64,000 bases of DNA from an uncultured Clostridia bacterium. GTDB lineage: Bacteria > Bacillota > Clostridia > Christensenellales > UBA1242. The stretch covers positions 2,050 through 66,049 of the forward strand of contig CALWKE010000002.1 of the NCBI GenBank assembly GCA_944381185.1, given 5' to 3'. How positions within the stretch are numbered: position 1 is the first letter of the stretch; the number at the start of each line of letters is the position of its first letter. Shown here piece by piece: positions 17,877-28,400 of the stretch. The notes beneath the pieces are model-generated. The model was given only the letters and a program-made list of their open reading frames with translations. It was not told the origin of the DNA and searched no databases. A program made the translations under genes and the position numbers.

Positions 17877-18908
17877 AATGTAACAAATCAAAGCGGAAAA
17901 AAATGAATGCACAACTTTTGTAAAAATAAAGTTGTGTGTTTTTATTTTTGCATTTTTTAAAAATGCCATAGATTGCATGATGATTGATATTCCACTAAAA
18001 GAAATTAAAGCAGATGCAAGTATTATTGTTTCTTTGCAAATATGTAGCGATAAACTTTTGCAACCTCTTGTTACTTCAACAATTCCATATAATGTTTCTT
18101 TAAAATAGGGGAGATTTATTCCAAGTTTATTAAATACGCTAGAGAAAAAATATGTTATAAAATTAAATATGTTCAAGACATCTAGAAGTTCACTAACCAA
18201 ATAGAAAATTGTTATGTAGGCTCCAACAATAAACAGGGAGTTAATTGTTTCGCTAACACAATAATTTAAAATATTTGCATTTTTTGAAAAATTAACAGAA
18301 TTTTGAATTGTTGTATTTTTTGAAAAATTTTGATTTTTTGTTTTAAGTTTATTAAATATATTTGCTAAAATGCCTAAAAATATACTTGAAAGAATATGGG
18401 AAAAATAGAGGATTAAACCAAATTTGAAACTTTTAAACATGATTGAGCCAACAGTTCCAATAACGAAGACTGGCCCCGATGTTGTGCAGAAAATAGACAT
18501 TTTTTTTGCGTTTTCTTCATTTATTAAATTTTTTGAATAAAGGTCACTTATTATTTTTGCACCAATCGGATATCCTGAAAGTATGCTCATAAAAAATGCA
18601 TAAAGTGAAACCCCGGGAGTTCCAAAGACAGCATATGAAAATTTATCCATTTTTTTTGTGATTTTAAAAACAGTTCCTATTTCTGTTAAAAGTTTTGTTA
18701 AAAGCATAAATGGAAGAAGTCCCGGCAAAACAGAAAACACAAAGAGTTTTAGTCCAGAAATTGTTCCTTCGGTAAATATTGTTGGATTTGAAATGATTAT
18801 TATCATCACAAAAAGTATAAAAATTGTGAGCAAACTATCTTGAAAAAAACTTGAGTTAAAACATTTTAAAAAAGTTTTGTTAGAATTAATTGTTTTTGTT
18901 GGTTTCAT
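17856..18908 (-). CDS. nucleoside-recognition (Gate) domain membrane protein, YlbJ-like
   Basis: About 350 aa polytopic protein resembling the YlbJ/nucleoside-transporter-gate family. ATG 18908 (MKPTKT..) is preferred to the track start 19004, which would overlap the divergent gene. Confidence 0.6.
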   Translation of the reverse strand: MKPTKTINSNKTFLKCFNSSFFQDSLLTIFILFVMIIIISNPTIFTEGTISGLKLFVFSVLPGLLPFMLLTKLLTEIGTVFKITKKMDKFSYAVFGTPGVSLYAFFMSILSGYPIGAKIISDLYSKNLINEENAKKMSIFCTTSGPVFVIGTVGSIMFKSFKFGLILYFSHILSSIFLGILANIFNKLKTKNQNFSKNTTIQNSVNFSKNANILNYCVSETINSLFIVGAYITIFYLVSELLDVLNIFNFITYFFSSVFNKLGINLPYFKETLYGIVEVTRGCKSLSLHICKETIILASALISFSGISIIMQSMAFLKNAKIKTHNFIFTKVVHSFFSALICYILVVMFI

Positions 18909-18959
18909 AATTAAATATATGATAAAATAAATGTATAAATGTTGAAGGAGGGTAAACTT

Positions 18960-19781
18960 GTGATTGGTGAATACAGGTTCTTTCAAGATTTTTTTGATGG
19001 GCAAATCATAAAGGAAGAAAGTGAAAAGTATAAACTTTTTAAAGTTCTTTTATTTTCAGTTGTTTTTGCTGTTGCTTTGTTTTTAACATTTATTGATATT
19101 TTTGGTATTATTGAACTTGCCCTTTTGGTGTTTGGTTTGGTTTGGAATATTTTTTCTGGACTAGGCAAAAAAATTTCATATCTTCTTTGTGTTATTGTTT
19201 CATGTTTATATGCAATTATTTGTATAAGTTTTAATGTGTATGCAAATGTGCTTATTTATTTGGCGTGTTATATTCCACTTCAATTAATAGCCACAACAAA
19301 AGACTATGAAGATGGAGATTTTATTCAAATAAAAAAACATATCACTGATTATAATAAAATTTTATTAGTTTTGGTTTTTATATCACTTTTTATGATAATG
19401 ATTTTCTTTGATGTGTTAACTGGTTCAAGATTCATTATTTTTGATGCACTTTCAGCGTCGCTTTTGGTTTGCTCGGCTGTTCTACGCAATGAGAGATATT
19501 TTGAATATTATATTTTTAGAATATTTGCTTTGATTGCAAGTGTTTTATTGTGGATTGTTGTGCTTGCTGAATATGGCAACACCAGTGCAATAGCGGTTAT
19601 AATTCTTTATTTATCGTATTTTGTTTTTGATGTTGTTTCATTTATAACACAAAAATTGACATATGTTAATGAATATATGATTCAGGAAGAAAAATATCAA
19701 AAAATTGAAGACCAACTTTTGATTAATGAAAAATTAAAAATTTATGCAGATATAAATAAAAATATTGAAAATAAAAAATAG
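18960..19781 (+). CDS. PnuC-like (nicotinamide riboside transporter family) membrane protein
   Basis: 7 TM segments. The blocks IELALLVFGLVWNIFSGLGKKISYLL.. and ..FDALSASLLVCSAVLRNERYFEYYIFRI.. align by eye with PnuC helices. GTG 18960 lies 7 nt after GGAGGG; the track start is 18939. Confidence 0.5.
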   Translation: MIGEYRFFQDFFDGQIIKEESEKYKLFKVLLFSVVFAVALFLTFIDIFGIIELALLVFGLVWNIFSGLGKKISYLLCVIVSCLYAIICISFNVYANVLIYLACYIPLQLIATTKDYEDGDFIQIKKHITDYNKILLVLVFISLFMIMIFFDVLTGSRFIIFDALSASLLVCSAVLRNERYFEYYIFRIFALIASVLLWIVVLAEYGNTSAIAVIILYLSYFVFDVVSFITQKLTYVNEYMIQEEKYQKIEDQLLINEKLKIYADINKNIENKK

Positions 19782-19784
19782 GGA

Positions 19785-20960
19785 CTATAAAAACATAGTT
19801 CCTATTTTTTTGTCGCTAGATAATTTATTATCAAAAACTGTGTTATAAATTGTGCTTGCATTAAGGTCAATATTAATGATTTCATTTTGATTTTTATTAA
19901 GGCTATTGTAATCATTGTTTGATACTATTAAATTTATTTTTTGTTTTTTTGTTTTTAATAACTCTTTATTATTTTTTTCTATTGCAAGAACTTTTGCACA
20001 AGGTTTTGTTGCCTTTGATTTTTCTATAACTTTTTTTGTTACGACTAAAAGTGGATATAGCATAAGTTTGTTTACTCTAGCCATTCGATATCTTGGCGAA
20101 ACAATATTTGAAACAATTTCATCAAAAGAAGAGTAATTATTACACATCTTTTTTATTCGATATTCAATGCCTTCACTATAGTCATAAAAGAGTTCAAGTT
20201 CTTTTTCAGGTGTTTGCTTAATTTTTAAAATTTGAAGAGTTTTAAGTGTTTTTATATGGTTTTTATTAAAAAAAGTGTCTAATTTTGCGTTTTTTGGAAT
20301 AAATTCATAATAGTCTTCGCCGTTAAAAATTTTATTTCTTATGCCTGATGCTGATAAAAATTTACCCTTATTAACTGTTTCATAATATCCGTCATCACAC
20401 CTGTTAATTGCAACTGGAATAATTTGTGATTTGAGTTTTAGTATTGCAGTTAAATATTCAATCGCTAAAATGTTATTTGGTTTTTCAAGGATTTCAAGAA
20501 CGTTTTTATCGTTAAGTGTTTTTGAAATGCTTCGTTTTAGAGCGGTGTTAAAATTAATTCCGTTTTCAATTTCGTTTTTAAAATTATTTTGAAAGGTAAC
20601 TGAATTTTCATATTTTAGTTTTGCGACTGTTTTAAGAATTTCAAGAGTTGTGTTTTCAACTCCGAATGCAACATATTTTGCACCTATCGCATTTAATATT
20701 TTAATGGCACCATAGGCAAAATTTTCTGCGTTTGAACAGGCATAGATTATTGGAAGCTCAAGCACAGCGTTTGCACCCGCACTTATTGCTTTTTTTGCTC
20801 TTGAATATTTATCTTCTATTGCGGGTTCTCCGCGTTGCACAAAATCTCCACTCATAACGCAAACAATTTCTGCATTTGTTTGTTTTTTGGCTTCCTGAAT
20901 AATGTATTCATGCCCATTATGAAAGGGATTAAACTCACAAATTATTCCACAAAAATTCAT
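19785..20960 (-). CDS. tmcAL: tRNA(Met) cytidine acetate ligase TmcAL (YlbM family nucleotidyltransferase)
   Basis: N-terminus MNFCGIICEFNPFHNGHEYIIQEAKK.. is the characteristic YlbM/UPF0348 signature. 391 aa. Confidence 0.85.
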   Translation of the reverse strand: MNFCGIICEFNPFHNGHEYIIQEAKKQTNAEIVCVMSGDFVQRGEPAIEDKYSRAKKAISAGANAVLELPIIYACSNAENFAYGAIKILNAIGAKYVAFGVENTTLEILKTVAKLKYENSVTFQNNFKNEIENGINFNTALKRSISKTLNDKNVLEILEKPNNILAIEYLTAILKLKSQIIPVAINRCDDGYYETVNKGKFLSASGIRNKIFNGEDYYEFIPKNAKLDTFFNKNHIKTLKTLQILKIKQTPEKELELFYDYSEGIEYRIKKMCNNYSSFDEIVSNIVSPRYRMARVNKLMLYPLLVVTKKVIEKSKATKPCAKVLAIEKNNKELLKTKKQKINLIVSNNDYNSLNKNQNEIINIDLNASTIYNTVFDNKLSSDKKIGTMFL

Positions 20961-21061
20961 AACTTATCCTCATTTGCTTGAAAAAAATGCTTTAATAATT
21001 ATAATATATCTTATTATAAGCAATTTTGCTTAAATAACAATATTTTTGAGGTAAAAATTTT

Positions 21062-22060
21062 ATGGCAGATGTTTTTGAACTATTAACAGGAAAAGCAAAA
21101 CACACAAACAAAAAAATTATTTTAACTGAAACAGAAGATTCAAGAATTATTGAAGCAGCAAAAAAAGCTGCTGATATGGATCTTTGTAAAATTATTCTTC
21201 TTGGAAGCAGAGAAGAACTTGAAAACAATTTTACTGAAAGTCAACTTGAAAACATTACATTTGTTGATGTAAGTAGGTCAAGTGAAAAGAAAAATGAATA
21301 TGCAAATCTTCTATATGAACTGCGTAAAAATAAAGGCATGACCGAAGAAATGGCACAAGAGCAAGTTTCAAACAAACTTATCTATGCAAACCTTATGCTT
21401 CGTGCTGGTGATGCAGATGGTCTTGTTTCAGGAGCAATAACTCACACAGCAGATGTTTTAAGACCTGCATTTCAAATTGTTAAGATGAAAGAGGGAATAA
21501 ATAAAGTTTCATCGGTATTTATTATGGAATCACCAAATGAAAACTATGGTGAAAATGGTTTTTTAGTTTTTGCTGATTGTGGAGTTAATCCAAATCCAAC
21601 TGCTGAAGAACTTGCAGAAATTGCCATAGTTTCAAGTGAAACAGCAAAAAGTCTTTGCGGAATGACCCCAAGAGTTGCATTACTTTCATATTCAACACAT
21701 TCAGGTGATGAAATGAAAGACCCTAATGTTGTTAAAATTAAGGAAGCTCTTAAAATTGTTAAAGAAAAGTCGCCAGACCTTATTATTGATGGAGAAATTC
21801 AAACTGATGCGGCACTTGTTCCTGAAGTTGCAGAAATAAAATGTCCAAATTCAGTGCTTAAAGGCAAAGCAAATGTTCTTATTTTTCCAGATTTAAATGC
21901 AGGCAACATTGCATATAAACTTGTTCAAAGGCTTGCAGGTGTTCATGCAGTCGGACCTGTTCTTCAAGGTTTAAAGAAGCCAGTTAATGACCTTTCTCGT
22001 GGAACAAATGCAGATGAGATTGTTCTTTGCATAGCTATCACAATTATTCAAACATTATAA
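21062..22060 (+). CDS. pta: phosphate acetyltransferase
   Basis: 332 aa collinear with Pta (..IILTETEDSRIIEAA.., ..GLVSGAITHTADVLRPA.., ..GPVLQGLKKPVNDLSRG..). Confidence 0.93.
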   Translation: MADVFELLTGKAKHTNKKIILTETEDSRIIEAAKKAADMDLCKIILLGSREELENNFTESQLENITFVDVSRSSEKKNEYANLLYELRKNKGMTEEMAQEQVSNKLIYANLMLRAGDADGLVSGAITHTADVLRPAFQIVKMKEGINKVSSVFIMESPNENYGENGFLVFADCGVNPNPTAEELAEIAIVSSETAKSLCGMTPRVALLSYSTHSGDEMKDPNVVKIKEALKIVKEKSPDLIIDGEIQTDAALVPEVAEIKCPNSVLKGKANVLIFPDLNAGNIAYKLVQRLAGVHAVGPVLQGLKKPVNDLSRGTNADEIVLCIAITIIQTL

Positions 22061-22077
22061 TTTTTAAGGAGAGATAT

Positions 22078-23277
22078 ATGAAAATTTTAGTTATTAATGC
22101 TGGTAGTTCGTCACTAAAATATCAAGTGATTGAAACCGAAACAAAAACTGTTATCACAAAAGGTCTTTGTGAAAGAATTGGTATTGATGGCAGGCATACC
22201 AACAAAACAAATGGAAGAAAATATGAAGAAAATGTTACTATGAAAAATCACAGTGACGCACTTAAAGTTGTGCTTGACTGCTTGATTAGTGATGTTGTTC
22301 CTGAAATTACATCGCTTGATGATATTGAAGCCGTTGGTCACAGGGTTCTTCATGGTGGTGAAATATTTAAAAGTTCTGTTATTATTGATGATGAAGTTTT
22401 AAGCGAACTTGAACAGCTTATTCCACTTGGACCACTTCATCAACCAGCAAATATTGCAGGAATTAAAGCATGCAGAGAAATTTTGAAAGGTGTTCCACAA
22501 GTTGCCGTGTTTGACACAACATTCCATTCAACAATGCCAGATTATGCATATCGTTATGCTATTCCTAAAAAGGCATACACTGATTGGCATATTAGAAAAT
22601 ATGGTTTCCATGGCACAAGTCACAGATACATTGCAGGCGAACTTGAAAAACTTGAAGGCAAAAAAGGTAACTTTATTATTTGCCATATTGGTAATGGTGC
22701 AAGTTTGTCAGCCGTTTCAAATGGTAAATGTGTTGATACCACAATGGGATACACTCCACTTGAAGGCGTTATGATGGGTTCAAGGTCGGGTGATGTTGAC
22801 CCTTCAATCTGTGAAAGAATTATGAAAGAAACAGGCATGACCATTGGCGAAACAATCAACTATCTTAACAAAAAGAGTGGTCTTTTGGGTGTGTCTGGCA
22901 TAAGTGAAGATATGCGAGATGTTGAAGAAGTTGCTTATAGTGACGAGCAAAGTGAAAGAGCCGAAGACGCAAGGCTTGCTCTTAAAATGCATGCATATAA
23001 AGTTAAAAAATATATAGGTGCTTTCTATGCAGTGCTCGGAACAGTTGATGCTATTGCATTTACTGCAGGTGTTGGTGAAAATGGTATTGAATATCGTGAA
23101 TCAGTGCTAACCGGTCTTGAAGGGCTTGGAATTGTTCTTGATAAAGATAAAAATAAAAACTTTAAACGCGGTGAAGTTAATGTTATTTCTGCAGATGACT
23201 CTAAAGTTAAAATTTATGTTATTCCAACTGATGAAGAACTTATGATTGCTGAAGATACCGAGGCACTTGTTAAATAA
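22078..23277 (+). CDS. ackA: acetate kinase
   Basis: MKILVINAGSSSLKYQ.. N-terminal ATPase motif, then ..GHRVLHGG.. and ..GFHGTSH... ATG (residue 18 of the track ORF) follows AAGGAGAG. Confidence 0.95.
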   Translation: MKILVINAGSSSLKYQVIETETKTVITKGLCERIGIDGRHTNKTNGRKYEENVTMKNHSDALKVVLDCLISDVVPEITSLDDIEAVGHRVLHGGEIFKSSVIIDDEVLSELEQLIPLGPLHQPANIAGIKACREILKGVPQVAVFDTTFHSTMPDYAYRYAIPKKAYTDWHIRKYGFHGTSHRYIAGELEKLEGKKGNFIICHIGNGASLSAVSNGKCVDTTMGYTPLEGVMMGSRSGDVDPSICERIMKETGMTIGETINYLNKKSGLLGVSGISEDMRDVEEVAYSDEQSERAEDARLALKMHAYKVKKYIGAFYAVLGTVDAIAFTAGVGENGIEYRESVLTGLEGLGIVLDKDKNKNFKRGEVNVISADDSKVKIYVIPTDEELMIAEDTEALVK

Positions 23278-23300
23278 ACTTGTTAAATTTAAAAATATAA

Positions 23301-23329
23301 TTGACAAAAGATAAAACTTGTTGTATTAT
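23301..23329 (+). promoter_or_regulatory. consensus sigma-A promoter of rpmF
   Basis: TTGACA-17 nt-TATTAT. Gives an approximately 85-nt 5' UTR containing two hairpins. Confidence 0.75.
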
Positions 23330-23419
23330 TATCTTGCTTTGTATAAAAGGTGCATTTTGTGTGCCTGTTAAGTAAATTTCTCAACCAAACCATGGTTGAT
23401 GTGATAGGAGGATAGATTA

Positions 23420-23611
23420 ATGGCAGTTCCAAAACGCAAAAGTTCAAAGGCCAGAGGCAGAAGCAGAATTGCTAACTGGAAGGCAACAGCCCCAACACTT
23501 GTTGAATGTCCACAATGCCACGAACTTAAAAGAGCACACGCAGTTTGCGAAAATTGTGGTTATTATGATGGCGAAAAGAAAATTAGTGTTAAAGCCGATG
23601 AAAAGAAATAA
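23420..23611 (+). CDS. rpmF: 50S ribosomal protein L32
   Basis: MAVPKRKSSKARGRSR.. plus a CxxC..CxxC zinc ribbon. 63 aa. AGGAGG SD. Confidence 0.95.
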   Translation: MAVPKRKSSKARGRSRIANWKATAPTLVECPQCHELKRAHAVCENCGYYDGEKKISVKADEKK

Positions 23612-23626
23612 TTATTTTAAATATGA

Positions 23627-23654
23627 ATTGGATAGAAATATCCAATTTTTTTTA
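23627..23654 (+). terminator. rho-independent terminator after rpmF
   Basis: ATTGGATA-GAAA-TATCCAAT followed by TTTTTTTT. Confidence 0.85.
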
Positions 23655-23790
23655 TGGTAAAAATATTTTAAATTACCATTTTGGTTGTTTTTTTAAAGTT
23701 TAATTGTTATATAATGGTGTTTTTAGTTTATTTTAATTGAATTATAAAAAAAAATCATTTATAATTATAGGTGATTTTAGGAGTGAAAGT

Positions 23791-24813
23791 ATGAAGATTA
23801 TTATTGATGCTTTTGGTGGTGACTATTCTCCCGAAGAAATTGTTAAGGGGGCAATCACTTCAGTTAATCTTATTCCTGATGTTGAAATAATTTTAACGGG
23901 CGACAAAGAGAAAATTGAAAATATTTTAAAACAAGAAAATTATTCAGGTGATAGAATTGAAATTGTTCATGCACCTGATGTTATTTCAAATGATGAATCG
24001 CCAACAATGGCTATCCGCAGAAAAACGGAGAGTTCACTTGTTAAAGCCCTAACACTTTTAAAGGAAAGAGATGACATTATTGGTATGATTAGTGCGGGAA
24101 GCACAGGGGCAGTTTTATCTGGTGGACTGTTTATTGTTGGAAGAATGCAGGGGGTTAAAAGACCAGCACTCTCTCCATTTTTGCCAACTGTAACCGGTGG
24201 AAAAACTCTGCTTATTGACTGCGGTGCAAACGTTGATTGCAAGCCTGAATATTTAGTGCAATTTGCAATTATGGGTTCAATTTATGTTAAGGCAATGCTG
24301 GGCATTGAAAATCCTAGAGTAGGTCTTATTTCAAATGGCGTTGAAGACCATAAAGGCAATGAGCAAATTCATCAAACTTTTGAACTTTTGAAAAACACAA
24401 AAGACATTAATTTTGTTGGAAATATGGAAGCAAGAGAAATGCTTTCAGGTGACTATGATGTTTTGGTGGCTGATGGTTTCACTGGTAATGTTGCCATGAA
24501 ATCTGCAGAAGGAACAATCAAAGCATTTATGCAAATTTTGAAAAATGAAGTGGCAGACTCGGGGCTTAAAGGCAAACTGGGTGCCCTTATGATGAAAGGT
24601 GTTTTCAAAAAAATTAAGGCAAGAATGAACTATACTGATGTTGGTGGTTCTCCATTTTTGGGTCTCAATAAAATTTTGATAAAGTCACATGGTTCAAGCA
24701 AAGCTAAAACAATTTATTCATGTGTTCTTCAAGTTATTGATATTTATAAATCAAATTATATTGAAAACATGCGTGAAGGCATAAAAAATTCTAGTATTGC
24801 AGAGGAAAAGTAA
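23791..24813 (+). CDS. plsX: phosphate acyltransferase PlsX
   Basis: MKIIIDAFGGDYSPEEIVKG.. and ..SAGSTGA.., ..LIDCGAN.. motifs. ATG is residue 19 of the track ORF, after AGGAGTG. Confidence 0.93.
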   Translation: MKIIIDAFGGDYSPEEIVKGAITSVNLIPDVEIILTGDKEKIENILKQENYSGDRIEIVHAPDVISNDESPTMAIRRKTESSLVKALTLLKERDDIIGMISAGSTGAVLSGGLFIVGRMQGVKRPALSPFLPTVTGGKTLLIDCGANVDCKPEYLVQFAIMGSIYVKAMLGIENPRVGLISNGVEDHKGNEQIHQTFELLKNTKDINFVGNMEAREMLSGDYDVLVADGFTGNVAMKSAEGTIKAFMQILKNEVADSGLKGKLGALMMKGVFKKIKARMNYTDVGGSPFLGLNKILIKSHGSSKAKTIYSCVLQVIDIYKSNYIENMREGIKNSSIAEEK

Positions 24814-24820
24814 GGTGAAA

Positions 24821-25486
24821 ATGAATTTTAATTATGCCGAAGTCGAAAAAATTGTTGGCTACACATTTAAAAATAAAGCACTTTTAAAAACAGCCTTTAC
24901 TCATTCAAGTTATTCAAATGAACACAGAACTGAATCAAATGAAAGGCTTGAGTTTTTGGGTGATGCCGTTATTGAATTAATTATAACTAGCAGGCTTTAT
25001 TTGGAATTTAATGGTCAAGAAGGCGACCTTTCAAAAATTCGTTCAAAAGTTGTTAGCGAAAAGCCCCTTGCCGAAGCAATAGATAAATTAGGGCTTGATA
25101 AGTTTTTGCTTAAAGGTGTGGGTGAACAGAAAAATACTACAATTTCACTTGCAATTAAATGTGATTTGTTTGAAGCCATTTGTGGTGCAATTTATCTTGA
25201 TTCAGGAATAAACGAAACCACTAAATTTTTCAATAAAGCAGTGGGCAATATTATTGAAAATATAAAAAAGAATGGTTTTGATGATGACCCAAAAACAAAA
25301 CTTCAAGAAATGCTTAAACAATCAAAAATTGTTTATAGCACAACAAAATCGGGTGCTGACCACAATCCAACCTATAAAACAGTAGTTTTTATTGATGACA
25401 AAAAGAGTGGGATTGGTGTTGGCTCTAACAAAAAAACAGCAGAAGAGAATGCTGCTGATGTTGCTATTAAAAATATTTTAGGATAA
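24821..25486 (+). CDS. rnc: ribonuclease III
   Basis: RNase III signature NERLEFLGDAV and a C-terminal dsRBD (..GADHNPTYKT..KKTAEENAA..). Confidence 0.93.
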   Translation: MNFNYAEVEKIVGYTFKNKALLKTAFTHSSYSNEHRTESNERLEFLGDAVIELIITSRLYLEFNGQEGDLSKIRSKVVSEKPLAEAIDKLGLDKFLLKGVGEQKNTTISLAIKCDLFEAICGAIYLDSGINETTKFFNKAVGNIIENIKKNGFDDDPKTKLQEMLKQSKIVYSTTKSGADHNPTYKTVVFIDDKKSGIGVGSNKKTAEENAADVAIKNILG

Positions 25487-25490
25487 ACTT

Positions 25491-28400
25491 ATGAATTTTG
25501 AAAAAATAGATATTTATGGCTTTAAGTCATTCGCTGATAGAGTTGAAATTAAATTTGAACCGGGAATAACTGCTATTGTTGGGCCTAATGGTTGCGGAAA
25601 GAGTAATGTTGCCGATTCAATTCGTTTTGTTATGGGTGAATCTAGTGCAAAATCTATGCGTGGTTCATCAATGCAAGATGTTATTTTTAATGGAACAGAA
25701 AAAAGAAAAGCTCAATCATATTGCGAAGTTTCGTTATATTTTGATAACTCTAAAAAAATATTTAACCTTGATTATGATGAGGTTATTTTAACAAGAAAAC
25801 TCTATAAAAGTGGCGAGAGTGAATATTTGATAAATAAAAACACTTGTCGTAGGCGTGACATTGTTGATGCTTTTCGTGACATTGGTCTTGGAAAAGAAAG
25901 TTACTGTGTTATTGGTCAAGGAAAAATTGATAGCATTCTTTCAGCAAAGCCAGAAGACAGACGAAATGTGTTTGAAGAGTCGGCGGGAATTTCTAAATTT
26001 AAAGAAGAAAAAAATCAATCCGAAAACAAACTTGAAAGAGTTAATGAAAATTTGGTTAGAATTAATGATATTATTGCTGAACTTGAAAAACAACTTGGAC
26101 CACTTAAAACCCAAGCGGAAAATGCAAAAATATTTTTGGACTTATCAAACAGACTTAAAGAACTTGAAATTAATATTTATGTTTATGGGTATGAAAATTC
26201 AAATAAACAGAAAGAAAAAATTTATGAGAATATAAAAGCGATTGATGAAGAACTTGCTTTAAAACAAAAAGATTTTGAAAAGGCTCTTCAAGAGTATGAA
26301 CAAAACCAAGCAAAAATTGATGAGTTTGATGAAACAATAAACACTCTTCGTGATGAACTTTTGAACCTTACTGTTGCACTTGAAAAACAAAATGGTGAAG
26401 TTAAACTTTTTAATGAAAAAATTTCTATTTTAAAAGAGCAAAATGAAAAACTTACTGGGCAAATTGAACAGGGAAAATTTGAAACTCAAAAGAATAGTGA
26501 ATTGATAGAAAAACTGCAAAAAGATAAAGAATTGGCTGAAAATCATATAAAAGAAGTTGAATTTGAGTCAAAATCTTTAGAATCTAACTATAATTTGACT
26601 ATTGAAAAATTAAGACTTGGTGAAGCAGATGCTGAAAGTTTTGATAGTGAACTTTATTCAACGTTAGAGATGTCGGGCGATATAAAATCAAATCTTTTGA
26701 AATATAAAACAGAGTTATCATCTTTAAAAGAAAGACAAGTTGAACTTCAAGGTGAAGGTGATAATTTAAAACAAGAAGACAAGGCACTTGACGACAAAAT
26801 TTCGCAGGCTGAAAGTGAAATTGAAAGAATTGAAAAATCTATCGAAAATAAGACAAATGAAAAGAAGCAAATTTTAAATTCTATTAATGAATTTAATGAA
26901 CAGTTTAATGAAATAAACGAAAAAATTGATGCTAAAAAAGTTGAATATCATACAAAGTTAAGTAAATTCAATGTGCTTTCAGAGATGAAGGAATATAATG
27001 AAGGTTTTGCTGTTAGTGTTAAAAGGTTGCTTGAACAAGCACACGACGGAACAAGTATTGGCGGAAAGGTTATTGGTGTTGTTGCTAGTCTTATGAAAGT
27101 TCCTGCAAAATATGAAGTTGCTATTGAAATGGCACTGGGTGCAAGTGTTCAAAATATTGTTACTAAAAATGAAGAAGATGCAAAAGACCTTATTGCGTAT
27201 TTGAAATATAATAAATTTGGCAGGGTTACATTTTTGCCAATTACTGGCGTTAAAGAAAGATATATGCCACAGAGCATACTTTCAAAACTTTCAATGAAAG
27301 GTGTGTGTGGTGTTGCAAGTGAACTTATTGATTTTGATGAAAAATATAGAAAAGTTTTTAGCAGTTTGCTTGGTTCAACATTGATTGTTGATAATATTGA
27401 TAATGCGGTTGAGTTTTCAAGAGCAACAGGTTATCAAGTTAAAATTGTTACACTTGATGGAGATATAATTAGTCCACAAGGTTCAATGACTGGTGGAAGC
27501 AGAAAAGATAATTCAACAAACTTGTTGGGCAGAGATCGTGAAATAGAAACACTTAAAGTTCAACTTGAAAATTTGAAAAAAGATATGGAAAGTCTTGAAA
27601 AACAGGCAGAAAGTATTCGAACTGAAAGTGGAAAACAGTCTGATTTATTAAGTGTTAAAATTGATGAAATTCATATTCTTGAAATGGATAAGGCAAAGCA
27701 AGAAGAATTTATTGATTCTTGTGATGAACAAAAAGATGAAATAGAAGAGTCGCTTGCCAGTCATGAGATAAGTTTTTCAGCTTTGCTTGATAAAATTGAT
27801 TTTGTTGAAAATGAAATTGAAAGGATTTCAAAAGAACAGCAAGCGGTAGACTCAAAAAAATCACAAGCAAGTGAGAGCAAAAAACAGGCAAGTGATAATT
27901 TTGGCAAACTTCGAAATCAGCGTGATGAACTTTTTGAAAAAATTGGTGAAGTTAAAATTAAACTTGAAACCGCTAAAAATGATTTAAAAAATATTGAAAG
28001 TGAACTTGAAAGATTAACTATTTTAAATGCACAAACAGAATATCGAACAAAAGAAAATTTGTTAGAAGTTCAAAAGAACAATCAAGACATTGAAAACTTT
28101 AATGAACAAATAACAAATATAATTTCAAACAGCACCTTTTCATCAAGTTCAAAGAAGGTTGAACTTGTTAGAGAAAAAATTGCAGAAGTTACTGATGAAA
28201 AGAAAAAATGTCAGGACTTGATGAATAAAGCAGATGGAAACAAAATGCTTTTGGCTGGCGAAATTCAAAGAGCAAATGATAGGCGTGCAAAAGAAGAAAA
28301 TGCCATTGTGAAAATTGATACCGACCTTGAAAATATGCAAAATAGAGTTTGGGAAGAGTATCAAATGACTTATGGCGATGCAAAGCAAATGGCGATAGCT

